Positions 25,341-33,519 of a stretch of DNA of 33,519 nt are shown piece by piece. The position numbers were made by a program, and so were the translations under genes. The stretch's first letter is position 1. Every line of letters starts with the position of its first letter. The stretch is from a virus: UHGV virus genome UHGV-0197718; one strand, given 5' to 3'. Under the pieces are notes generated by a model that had not been told where the DNA came from, did no database searches, and saw only the letters and a list, made by a program, of their open reading frames with translations.

Positions 25341-25898
25341 GTGACCGAAGACGAGGGAGCTTCTTACGTCACCGGGCCGGACCAGTTTCCGACGCCTCCG
25401 ACGTCTCCGCCAACGGATCCGACCGCCGGGCCTGAACAGCCCTGGGTGAGCTTCGGGCTGCTGGGAGCGTTCCAGTCCGTCGCCACCCAGGTCGAAGGGG
25501 AAGTGACGCGCTTTTACGGCGGTGCGCTGGGATATCGCCAGCAGCGCAAGAACACCACGACCGGCAAGCGGATGACCTTCACCACGCCGGACATGTCCCC
25601 CGAATGGTTCCAGCTTTCTTTCGCCTTGGGAGCGCCTCCCGCCAACGGCGAGGAATCGACCACCGTCGGACATGGCGGCGACAATAAGATTGAGGGGTAT
25701 CTTCACTTCTGGTATCAGAACGACGTGGGCACTATCTATCTGGTCGGAACGGCGCATGGCGCCTTGCGCCTCCTGCAGGATCCCGAACACACCACGGCGA
25801 TTGCTTCACCCCAGTTCGAGTTCGAAATGGATTATCGCGGCAAGTACCAGTTCACGCCCTCCAATGTGCAGGACGTGACGCCGGCGCCGGGTTCCTGA
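25341..25898 (+). CDS. hypothetical tail-associated protein (185 aa, GTG start)
   Basis: Pro/Thr-rich N-terminus, beta-rich C-terminus; sits just before the fiber gene. Confidence 0.4.
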   Translation: MTEDEGASYVTGPDQFPTPPTSPPTDPTAGPEQPWVSFGLLGAFQSVATQVEGEVTRFYGGALGYRQQRKNTTTGKRMTFTTPDMSPEWFQLSFALGAPPANGEESTTVGHGGDNKIEGYLHFWYQNDVGTIYLVGTAHGALRLLQDPEHTTAIASPQFEFEMDYRGKYQFTPSNVQDVTPAPGS

Positions 25899-26012
25899 CG
25901 CGTTTCACCAGGGGGCGCGCTGCGCCCCCGCATCCTCTTTTTTCCCAGGCAGCAGGCAGGCAAATACGATATCCGGACCGTCACGGGGCTGAACCAGTCG
26001 CTGGTCGTCCGT

Positions 26013-27947
26013 GTGGTAGATTTTCAGGGGGATCCCGTCGACATGAGCGGCGTCACCCTCCGCGGCGCTGTCCGTCTCAAGACAGGCGTCGCCGAGTTCG
26101 GCTTTTCCCGCGACGATGAGGGTAACGGCGTGCTTTCCTGGGCTTCGGTGCCTGCGGGCAGGTGGTCCTACGACGTCTTCATGGACGACGGAAACGAGGA
26201 AAGACCGCTGCTCTACGGATGCTTTGTTTCTGCGGGCCGTGTAACGCCTGACTTGCCGGACGAACAGCAGGCCGTGGCGGGCGCGGTCGTCGTGCAGCTG
26301 CCGGAAGGAAGCGGCTGCGTGCAGGTCATGCTTGACAACGCGTCCAGCGCCGCCTGGTACGCGGAGCAGGCCAAAAAGTACGCCGAGAATTTTAATCTGT
26401 CCGTGGGTCAGGTCACCACCGGGGAACCGGGGACGCCCGCCAACGCGGAAGCCGTCAAGGGGTCCGAAGTGGGATCCTATCTGCTCAATTTCACGATTCC
26501 CCGCGGGGATGTTGGTCCTCAGGGACCGTCAGGCCCGCAGGGTGAACGTGGAGAAACCGGCCCCGAAGGGCCGCAAGGTCCACGCGGCGAAACCGGGGAA
26601 CGCGGGCCGCAGGGCGAAACCGGGGAGCAGGGACCGAAGGGAGATACAGGACCGGCGGGGCCTCAAGGCCCGGAGGGCCCCCAGGGCCCGGAAGGTCCGG
26701 CAGGACCCCAGGGACTACAAGGGGAAAAGGGAGAGCCCGGGACGCTGACGTCCAACGTCGGCGACGTCAACATCGGGGGAGCCCTGACCGCTGAATCGGC
26801 TACTATCAACGGGACTCTGGTCGTCAACAACCCGAACGGAAGCGGAAGCGCCGGGACCCTGAACCAGATTTACGGAATCACCCGGTTTTATCAGTCCGTT
26901 GATCTCCAATCGGGCGGCTGGCTGCGAGGGACATTCATGGTAGAATCCGGCATCCTGAATATTTCCCAGGGCGCCAGCTTCAACTGCGCGGGGGCGTCCA
27001 CGTTTTCAAGCACCGTCAACGCCAATGGCGGGATCAATGTCCCGCTGGCTGTGGGCGCTCCCACCAGCGAATCCGGCGTCAACCGGCTTTATGCCGCGGG
27101 AATGGGAGGTGCGTCCAATATTTATACGGCCGCCGCGTTTCTGAATACGGACTCCCTGACCACGACCGGGACGGCGACAATTACTAAAACGGTTCCCTGG
27201 CAGATGGCCCGCATCGGTATTCCCGCGGGAGCTCACACCACCATTCAGGCTCCCTTTGAAGGTCCCTCTTCCCAATGGAATTACTCTTCCTGGGCCGGCT
27301 TTTCGTTTGTCTGGAGGTCCACTGCAGCCGCGAAGGTGACGATGGGCTTCGGGCGCGGAGCGAAAACAATCAGGACGGACCTGACCACGGATTCCTACAC
27401 GATTATTCCCGGCAATGGCCTGGCCTTTAATTTCGGGGAGATTCTGGACATCACCTTTGACAATGTGAGAGACACGGCCCGCAACGGCTATACGGTGCGC
27501 GTACGTGAGATTTACGCGCTCAATTCCACGGATGGGTGGCAGGTCAAGACGACGACCAGTTTTATTCCTGCGACACAGAACGAACCCATCCCGTGGACGG
27601 TCTGCAAGATTATTTACCAGCAGCAGGCGGTTGCCAGCAGCAGCGTTTATGAAAACCTGGGAGGGCTATGGCTGATGGTCACGGGAGCGCAAACCAACAA
27701 CCTGTACAAAATTGCCACCTGCCGCGGCGTCTCCAATTTTGAGACTGGCGTCGGCATTTCCAGGTGGGTGACGGACGTGATCAACACCACCAGCGGAACG
27801 GCTTCGGTTTACGCCGGGCCCGGCGAATATTCCTACTATCAGCCGGGGAATATCAACCCGCTTTTCTACGGATTGGAGGCCATAGGAACCAATGCTGTTG
27901 AATCCGAGGCAACCGCGGCTTTTGAAGATATTAACATACCTCTCTAA
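26013..27947 (+). CDS. collagen-like triple-helix repeat tail fiber protein (644 aa)
   Basis: About 27 uninterrupted G-X-Y triplets ([79 protein letters not shown]) followed by about 400 aa of beta-rich C-terminal domain. Confidence 0.75.
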   Translation: MVDFQGDPVDMSGVTLRGAVRLKTGVAEFGFSRDDEGNGVLSWASVPAGRWSYDVFMDDGNEERPLLYGCFVSAGRVTPDLPDEQQAVAGAVVVQLPEGSGCVQVMLDNASSAAWYAEQAKKYAENFNLSVGQVTTGEPGTPANAEAVKGSEVGSYLLNFTIPRGDVGPQGPSGPQGERGETGPEGPQGPRGETGERGPQGETGEQGPKGDTGPAGPQGPEGPQGPEGPAGPQGLQGEKGEPGTLTSNVGDVNIGGALTAESATINGTLVVNNPNGSGSAGTLNQIYGITRFYQSVDLQSGGWLRGTFMVESGILNISQGASFNCAGASTFSSTVNANGGINVPLAVGAPTSESGVNRLYAAGMGGASNIYTAAAFLNTDSLTTTGTATITKTVPWQMARIGIPAGAHTTIQAPFEGPSSQWNYSSWAGFSFVWRSTAAAKVTMGFGRGAKTIRTDLTTDSYTIIPGNGLAFNFGEILDITFDNVRDTARNGYTVRVREIYALNSTDGWQVKTTTSFIPATQNEPIPWTVCKIIYQQQAVASSSVYENLGGLWLMVTGAQTNNLYKIATCRGVSNFETGVGISRWVTDVINTTSGTASVYAGPGEYSYYQPGNINPLFYGLEAIGTNAVESEATAAFEDINIPL

Positions 27948-27949
27948 TC

Positions 27950-28357
27950 ATGAACGACGCAGAAATACAAATTCAGTTCCCTCGGCCCGGCAAGTGGGAG
28001 GAATTCACCCTGACGGCCATTTACCAGGACGCGGACGGTTATCGCCCTCCGGCCCGCTTTAATCAGGACGAGATACCAGCGGAGCAGGCACCGGCCATGC
28101 AGGCCGTCGTTGCCGCGCTGGTGGGATTGTCGGAGCCGTGGCAGGCTGTTCAGGTGTGGGCAAGGCTGGGGAAAAATGCCCTGACCCTTGCGGAAGACGG
28201 AACCTATACACTGATTGATGCAGTGTCTTTGACTGTTGAAGCCGTCCATGCGGAGACAAAAGGTCGCAGGATTTTTACAGCCTCGGACTACCCGGCTTTT
28301 ATCATCACGGAACCCGCCGCCGTGGCGTTTTTCATGTTTTTCACTACTAACCAATAA
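27950..28357 (+). CDS. hypothetical protein downstream of the fiber gene (fiber assembly/chaperone position)
   Basis: 135 aa; ATG 2 bp after the fiber stop. Confidence 0.4.
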   Translation: MNDAEIQIQFPRPGKWEEFTLTAIYQDADGYRPPARFNQDEIPAEQAPAMQAVVAALVGLSEPWQAVQVWARLGKNALTLAEDGTYTLIDAVSLTVEAVHAETKGRRIFTASDYPAFIITEPAAVAFFMFFTTNQ

Positions 28358-28365
28358 CAAAGACA

Positions 28366-28818
28366 ATGACTAAAGATAATCAATGCAATCATGCCGAGGC
28401 TATCGCCAAGGATATGTATTATGCCTTCCTGGAAAACCAGAAGGAGGGCACGAATTGGGAAGGGCTTCCCGACGATGATAAAGCCGGATGGCGGAATGTC
28501 GCAGAACAGGCCCTCCCTATTATCGCAAAGCATGCTGCCAATGACATCCGGGTGTATTTGGACCTTAAAGCATCCGTAGCTACCGGCTGGAAAAAATGGC
28601 TCTATTGGGCCGGGGTCGGCATTGTTGGCGCCATCCTTGGCGGTTTGGGAATGTCCCTCTCCGGCTGCGGTCATTCCGTGGACGTGACGCCGGAAAAGAC
28701 GGTGGTCTGCAAGGACGGATCCTGCCTGGTGCTGGAACCGGGACATATCTCCTACAGTCAGGCCCAGCCTGTTACGGATGTTCCGCCCGTCGTGCAGGTC
28801 ATCCCCTCCAAGAAATAA
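28366..28818 (+). CDS. membrane protein with single central TM helix; holin-like position in the lysis cassette
   Basis: WLYWAGVGIVGAILGGLGMSLSG transmembrane segment; first gene of the cluster ending in the amidase. Confidence 0.4.
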   Translation: MTKDNQCNHAEAIAKDMYYAFLENQKEGTNWEGLPDDDKAGWRNVAEQALPIIAKHAANDIRVYLDLKASVATGWKKWLYWAGVGIVGAILGGLGMSLSGCGHSVDVTPEKTVVCKDGSCLVLEPGHISYSQAQPVTDVPPVVQVIPSKK

Positions 28819-28822
28819 GGTC

Positions 28823-29074
28823 ATGTGTAAGCTCTCCGAAGTACCGGCGCGGTTCTTGGATTTTGCCAAGGCTTCACCCGTGTTTGCCTGCGTCATGCTA
28901 TCACTGGTTATTTGCGGCGCTGCCTGCTGGTACATCGGGGACGTCATGGGTCACCACAATGACCGGCTTTGCGACCTCATGACCATGCAGACACAAGCCC
29001 AGGTGGAGACCGCCAAGGCGATCCAACTGCTTGCCGTCCGAATCGAAAACATAGAAAGGAAACTGGAAAAGTGA
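28823..29074 (+). CDS. i-spanin-like protein (N-terminal TM plus periplasmic coiled coil)
   Basis: ATG 28823 trimmed from track ORF 28778..29074; TM ASPVFACVMLSLVICGAACWYI then coiled coil TMQTQAQVETAKAIQLLAVRIENIERKLEK. Confidence 0.4.
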   Translation: MCKLSEVPARFLDFAKASPVFACVMLSLVICGAACWYIGDVMGHHNDRLCDLMTMQTQAQVETAKAIQLLAVRIENIERKLEK

Positions 29075-29284
29075 ATAAGCTTCTGAATCCTTCCGTTCTT
29101 TTGCCGCTGATGGGGGGCAGCGGCCCGGCGTTTTTGCCGCCTGCGGAGACACGGCTGCAGGCATTGCTGTGTTCTGTTTCCCCATTGCGGCCCTTGTGTT
29201 CCTCCGATGTGCGGAACGCTGACCAACTGTAAAGTTTTTCTTACCAGTTCAATCATATTAACAATCAACCATTAAAGGAGAATA

Positions 29285-29818
29285 ATCAGGAAAATAGCTA
29301 TTGATATAGGCCACGCCAATAACACCGGAGCCCACGGGAACGGGCTTGAAGAACACGCCGTCGCGGCGACGATCGCGGAACGCCTCGCCCCCATGCTGGA
29401 ACGGCTGGGAGCCCGGGTGGACGTGATCGACTTCCCGAAGATGACCAATTCCCAGGACTTGAACGCCACAGTCAAGGCCGCCAACGAAGGCGGCTATGAC
29501 TTCGGCATTTCATTGCATTGCGATTCGTCCGACAATCCACAGGCTCATGGCGCCCATGTATGTTTCTACCCGGGAAGCGTCAAAGGGAGCCGGCTTGCCA
29601 TATGCATCGCGGAACCTCTTTCCCGGTTGCTGCCCGGACGGGCCAACACCGTGCAGTCGCGCCCGGGACTGGCCGTCCTGAAAAAGACCCGCTGCCCGTG
29701 GGTGCTGTGCGAATGCGGCTTCATCACCAATCCTGAAAACGCCTCTATTTTGAAGGACCATCCCGGCCGCATTGCCGAAGCCATTGCGGAAGGGGTGAAG
29801 GACTATATCAACCAGTAA
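29285..29818 (+). CDS. N-acetylmuramoyl-L-alanine amidase (Amidase_3 family) endolysin; start codon non-canonical or mutated
   Basis: KIAIDIGHANNTGAHGNGLEEH, FGISLHCDSS and WVLCECGFITNPEN match Amidase_3 motifs; frame opens at 29276 after stop 29273-29275; only ATA/ATC/ATT codons precede the catalytic His; perfect SD AAAGGAG at 29274-29280. Confidence 0.8.
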   Translation: MRKIAIDIGHANNTGAHGNGLEEHAVAATIAERLAPMLERLGARVDVIDFPKMTNSQDLNATVKAANEGGYDFGISLHCDSSDNPQAHGAHVCFYPGSVKGSRLAICIAEPLSRLLPGRANTVQSRPGLAVLKKTRCPWVLCECGFITNPENASILKDHPGRIAEAIAEGVKDYINQ

Positions 29819-29824
29819 CCGCCC

Positions 29825-31336
29825 ATGACTTACCAGGCCCCCTACGCGGCGCGCTACGTTTCCGCCGCCAGCAACCAGATCCAGCTGCTCAACCTCTGGG
29901 ACGATACGCCGGAGCCTCCCCGCTTCGGCGGGTCCATGGAGGCATTTGAAACGTCGCTGGTAGACGGACCGCGAGCGTTCGCGCAGGGGCTGGGAAGCGC
30001 CGTGGAGCAGCGCACCATCGCGTTTTACCGCTGGTTTACGGATTATCAGGACATGGCTTCCTGGCAGGAGAATCTTGCCCTGTGGCTGGCCAGCAACCAG
30101 AACGGGTATCTGTACCTGCAATTTGCCGACCAGCCTCAATGGCGTTTTGCCGCCGTCATCACCGGCTACCAGTTTGAAACCGAGAACCTTGTTCCTCCGC
30201 CGTCTCCCGAAGACGGCTATCTGTGCCTGCTGGTCACGCTGACCATGACGGTCACCGACCGGACCCCGGACAATTCCAACTGGATATTCAGCGTGACGCC
30301 CTCTTCTTTCGACGTTCCCGTCAAGGGAGGCGAATACACCATTAATGTGGAATCGTCGTTCAGCCCTGGACCGGTAGGGCAGGGTTGGCAGATTGCCGAC
30401 GTTTCCGAAGGATTAACCGTTTCCGATATCGTCAACGGCAACAACGGGACATTCAAGGTTATCGTCGCGGCCAATGAAGGAGACCAGGACAGGACCATGT
30501 CGCTCCAGGTCATTCAGGACGGAACAGGACAGGCTGTTGAGATTGAATTTCGTCAGCTTCAACCCTCTTACTCATTCAGCCTTGCTCCAACCCAGGTACA
30601 GGTTCCCGTTATTGGCGGAAGCTACCAGGTCCAGGTGACTTCCTATTATGACCCGGGAGCAGTCAGCGTTGACTGGACGCCCAATTCTCCCAGCTCTTCC
30701 GTTGTCATCTCCGATATCACGAACGGAAATAACGGGTCCTTCACGTTAACCGCGGCGCCCAATGAAGGAGCGGCCGGCTCCGTCGTCGTTTCCGTGACAC
30801 AGGCGGATTCCGGCTTAAGACAGACAATCCGCGTATTGAGGGCAGGACTGGTCACCCGAAATCATCAGCTTCCCCCGCCCGGAGGGGAATACTCGGATAA
30901 TCCGATGAGTTATTCCTCATGGAGGTTTATTCCCTCGGACGTTTATCCGGACTTCCCGGAAGGCAACCCCGAAGGAAAGGGACTGACGCTTCAGGAAATC
31001 ATCACGACGAAACCCACCAGCGCCAATTCCGGCACGTTAACGCTTTACCGGGTGGAAAACGGGTCTGCCTCTCTTCTAGCGACCAGCAGCGAGGCGGTTT
31101 CCACGCCGGGCGGGAACGTGAAATGGACGTTTTCGCCCGGCGTGGAAATCCGTTCGGACTGGCAGCTGGTCGTGGAAAACCAGAACGGCATTTATGAGCA
31201 GCATGTGATGCTGTCCAATCCGCAGGCGTTTGACGGTCTCGGAAATGAGGCCTACCCCGCGGCAGCCACGGCGGCCGGGCGTACGTTCGGATTATCCCTC
31301 GTCATCCGCTACACTTCCACCGAATACCCATCTTAA
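29825..31336 (+). CDS. tail protein (major-tail-protein position) with two tandem C-terminal BACON/Ig-like domains
   Basis: Two roughly 90-aa repeats (VPVKGGEYTINVESS...W...NGNNGTFKVIVAANEGDQDRTMSLQV...Q and VPVIGGSYQVQVTSY...W...NGNNGSFTLTAAPNEG...VSVTQ) fit the BACON pattern (GG-x-Y-x-V, W, NG, aaN-x-g, R-T, Q); precedes the chaperone and tape measure. Confidence 0.55.
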   Translation: MTYQAPYAARYVSAASNQIQLLNLWDDTPEPPRFGGSMEAFETSLVDGPRAFAQGLGSAVEQRTIAFYRWFTDYQDMASWQENLALWLASNQNGYLYLQFADQPQWRFAAVITGYQFETENLVPPPSPEDGYLCLLVTLTMTVTDRTPDNSNWIFSVTPSSFDVPVKGGEYTINVESSFSPGPVGQGWQIADVSEGLTVSDIVNGNNGTFKVIVAANEGDQDRTMSLQVIQDGTGQAVEIEFRQLQPSYSFSLAPTQVQVPVIGGSYQVQVTSYYDPGAVSVDWTPNSPSSSVVISDITNGNNGSFTLTAAPNEGAAGSVVVSVTQADSGLRQTIRVLRAGLVTRNHQLPPPGGEYSDNPMSYSSWRFIPSDVYPDFPEGNPEGKGLTLQEIITTKPTSANSGTLTLYRVENGSASLLATSSEAVSTPGGNVKWTFSPGVEIRSDWQLVVENQNGIYEQHVMLSNPQAFDGLGNEAYPAAATAAGRTFGLSLVIRYTSTEYPS

Positions 31337-31350
31337 CAGAATAATCCATC

Positions 31351-31632
31351 ATGAACGAACAACAACAAAACGGAATAGAACGGCTTTTCGTCGAATTTGC
31401 CGAAGAGTGCGGCAAGAACCCGAACCTGAACCAGGCGGTGCAGGAATTGAAGGAAAGCGTCTTTGCTGCCTCTCAAGCCGCCGGCGTCGATCCCTCCCAT
31501 GCCTTCGGCGTCATCATCCGGGATATGATGATCCTGGAATCCTTGCAGAAACGCGTGGATGAATCCCGAAACGCCCTCACCGCAGGGAAACTGCCCGCTT
31601 TCGTCATCGAAGAAGCCCGCGCTCAACGATAA
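31351..31632 (+). CDS. putative tail assembly chaperone (gpG-like position)
   Basis: 93-aa acidic protein between the tail protein and the tape measure; no convincing slippery site for a GT frameshift found. Confidence 0.3.
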   Translation: MNEQQQNGIERLFVEFAEECGKNPNLNQAVQELKESVFAASQAAGVDPSHAFGVIIRDMMILESLQKRVDESRNALTAGKLPAFVIEEARAQR

Positions 31633-31650
31633 CCCTCCACATCTACCACC

Positions 31651-33498
31651 ATGGCCACCAAGAAAGAAATTGAAATCAAACTCAAGTCCACGCTGGACGG
31701 AAAAGGCGTGGAAGAAGCCAAACAGCAGATCGACGCGCTGAACAAGTCTACGGAGCAGTTGGATAAAGACAGCAAGCAGGCAACCAGGAGCGTGAAGAAC
31801 ATGGGGCAGGGGGCCTTGCAGGCTGCCTACTTCTTCGATGACTTGCAGTACGGCATCCGGGGCATCATGAACAACATTCCCGGGCTGGTGATAGGCTTCG
31901 GAGGCGGAGCAGGTCTGGCCGGCGCGATGTCGCTTGCCGTTCTGGCCGGGGCGAAGCTTTACGAATGGATGGGGAACACGGAAGCGAAATCCAAAGAGCT
32001 TGCTAAGGCGATTGAAGAGGAAGCAGAAGCATTTAGAAAATTAAAAGCAGAGGTTGAAGAGACATGGCGGCAAAATCAAAACGAGCAAATTTTAAGAGAA
32101 GCTTTAGATAGTGCAAAGAAAATAGCTGATTATCGAAAGCTGGAATCAGAAGCCTTAAAATATTCTCTGGATTATCGTAAAGAATTGATTTCTTTAGAAT
32201 CAGGAATCAAAGACGATGAAGCAGAAATTGCCCGATTAAAGGTAGAAGAAGATTTTGCAAATGGACTATTAGGAGAAGGATCAGATGCAGAACGAAGAAA
32301 AGCACGTTTGTTGGAAGGAATTGAATTAGATAGTCGTGCAAGGAGAAGAGGAGAAATAGAAGAATCAGCAAGTTTGGATGTATCGGATGCAGTAAATAAA
32401 AGAATAGATGCAGCACGAAGACAAAGAGAAGCTAAGGCCGCCTTGCAAAACGCATCTATTAATGATGATATAATGACCCTGGAAGAGAGACGAGCTGCAG
32501 AAGTTTCTGTAGAAGAACAGACTAATTCATTGAGAAATGACTTATACGATTATTTAATATCTTTAAGGGATAAAGAAGTAAATTTAGGGGCTATTAGGTA
32601 TAAACAAGTTAGCGATAAAAATATTTATGATGCAGTATCTCAATTTGTTGGCGGTAAAAATATATCTGATAGAAGAATTTCATCCTTGCTTGATAAATAT
32701 GGTTATATCAACGCAGAAGATAGAAGAGATAAAATATTTAACACAGAAGAAGCCATAGAGAAGAGTGATATTGCCCTTGAAGATAGCGGATTCTCTTTAG
32801 GTAATGGGACTTCTGGCGAAGGTGGATATAGTAATGCCTATGCATCTTATGCAAAAACTATAGAAACTCTTGAAAAAGAATATGAAGAGGCGGAAAAATC
32901 TCTAATAGAAGCTATAAATGAAGAAGAAAAGGCAACGAGAAACTTTTCTAATATAAAAAAGAAAAATGAATCGGAAGCGGCAGTTGATGAACAACGAGGG
33001 AGGACCGCTCAAGCGCAAGAGAGAAAATCCATTAGAGAAGAAAGACAAAGAGAAGACGCCGAGAATGAAATTAAGGGGCGAAAAAAAGATATAGATAAGA
33101 AAACAGAGGAACTTAAAAAGAATAATGAGTATTTTTCAGAGGCTGTAGATAGGTTTATAGTGGAGGCTGGAAAATCTGCCACTGACCAACAAAAGGCACT
33201 TGTTAGAGCTGCATCTGAAGCTATACGTGGACAGGTGAAGAAAGCCGCTTCCGATGGAGTAATAGATTCTCGAGAATATGAACAAATTGGAATAGCGTTT
33301 AGAGACGCCTTAAGACAACAGGGCATTACTAATCAATCTATATTGAACGGACTTTCCGGAAACATGAAAGAAGCTCTATTACTGATTAACATTCAATCAG
33401 GAGAACTAAAAAATCTAAAAAACGGTTTGGATCAAATGAAAAAAGACTTAGAACAAGCTAAAAACAATATAGAGGGCTTAAGAAGAAGAAAGCATTGA
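31651..33498 (+). CDS. tape measure protein (615 aa), compositionally chimeric
   Basis: N-terminal Gly-rich hydrophobic segment (GLVIGFGGGAGLAGAMSLAVLAGAKLY) then a long Lys/Glu/Arg coiled coil; the first ~350 nt match backbone GC and the rest is strongly AT-rich (about 35% GC). Confidence 0.7.
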   Translation: MATKKEIEIKLKSTLDGKGVEEAKQQIDALNKSTEQLDKDSKQATRSVKNMGQGALQAAYFFDDLQYGIRGIMNNIPGLVIGFGGGAGLAGAMSLAVLAGAKLYEWMGNTEAKSKELAKAIEEEAEAFRKLKAEVEETWRQNQNEQILREALDSAKKIADYRKLESEALKYSLDYRKELISLESGIKDDEAEIARLKVEEDFANGLLGEGSDAERRKARLLEGIELDSRARRRGEIEESASLDVSDAVNKRIDAARRQREAKAALQNASINDDIMTLEERRAAEVSVEEQTNSLRNDLYDYLISLRDKEVNLGAIRYKQVSDKNIYDAVSQFVGGKNISDRRISSLLDKYGYINAEDRRDKIFNTEEAIEKSDIALEDSGFSLGNGTSGEGGYSNAYASYAKTIETLEKEYEEAEKSLIEAINEEEKATRNFSNIKKKNESEAAVDEQRGRTAQAQERKSIREERQREDAENEIKGRKKDIDKKTEELKKNNEYFSEAVDRFIVEAGKSATDQQKALVRAASEAIRGQVKKAASDGVIDSREYEQIGIAFRDALRQQGITNQSILNGLSGNMKEALLLINIQSGELKNLKNGLDQMKKDLEQAKNNIEGLRRRKH

Positions 33499-33519
33499 AA
33501 AAAAATGAGGATATTGTAA

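Larger units (their letters stand above)
1..33519. mobile_element. temperate siphovirus-like phage genome / prophage (lysogeny, recombination, replication, packaging, head, tail and lysis modules)
   Basis: Collinear phage hallmark genes across the window (integrase, antirepressor, RecT/YqaJ, DnaC-like loader, terS/terL, portal, protease, capsid, tape measure, endolysin); pervasive ATGA/GTGA start-stop overlaps typical of phage operons. Confidence 0.8.

Noticed and set aside
26500-26760. Periodic 9-bp repeats that could superficially resemble a repeat array
   Set aside because: They are in-frame collagen G-X-Y codon triplets inside a long ORF, not a CRISPR or other non-coding array; no CRISPR repeats or spacers found anywhere in the window.
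29073-29232. Calling the 53-aa Pro-rich ORF a definite o-spanin
   Set aside because: No N-terminal lipobox or signal peptide; kept only as a low-confidence note in the findings.
31560-31640. Programmed -1 G/GT frameshift at the end of the chaperone-like gene
   Set aside because: No X-XXY-YYZ slippery heptamer in frame; the -1 frame terminates after about 30 codons; the +1 frame gives only a Pro-rich tail with no hallmark.

Overview
The window reads as an essentially complete temperate siphovirus-type phage genome. It is either an integrated prophage or a complete phage contig; the left end (1..3446) looks like phage tail-end or accessory genes rather than obvious host genes. The backbone is about 57-60% GC with several AT-richer inserts. 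Gene order, left to right: an AT-rich GYF-like/glycine-zipper membrane protein; a 718-aa fiber-like protein; a GT-A glycosyltransferase-like gene; a 30-bp palindrome lying 3' of a tyrosine integrase (minus strand); a 583-bp repeat-rich non-coding region; a tiny membrane-peptide ORF; an HTH repressor-like gene (minus); a divergent promoter region. The early operon (plus) follows: a small Cro-position ORF, a Bro-N/KilA-C antirepressor, a lipoprotein with AT-rich cargo ORFs, an Xis-like HTH protein, RecT, a YqaJ exonuclease fused to an ASCH domain, a Cys-rich protein, two orphan DNA methyltransferases (C5-cytosine and NPPY amino-MTase), a replication initiator with internal iterons, and a DnaC-like loader. 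Next comes a reverse-oriented two-gene module with a palindromic operator. The late genes are terS, terL, a tRNA-like element, a Mu-like portal, a Mu-I-like protease/scaffold, a decoration-like protein, an HK97-fold major capsid, head-tail genes, a collagen-like fiber, a lysis cassette (membrane protein, spanin-like, Amidase_3 endolysin), a tail protein with two BACON-like domains, a chaperone-like ORF and a tape measure. No CRISPR array or rRNA was seen. Three anomalies stand out. The conserved N-terminal HTH of terS lies upstream of its first start codon and in a different frame from the only nearby ATG. The major capsid N-terminus has no usable start. The endolysin has no ATG/GTG/TTG near its N-terminus despite a perfect Shine-Dalgarno. 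Together these suggest a defective or decaying prophage, 1-nt assembly indels, or non-canonical initiation. Other points of interest are the compositional chimera inside the tape-measure gene and the reverse-oriented moron between the replication and packaging modules. All assignments come from reading the translated ORFs and sequence motifs by eye; no database searches were run.
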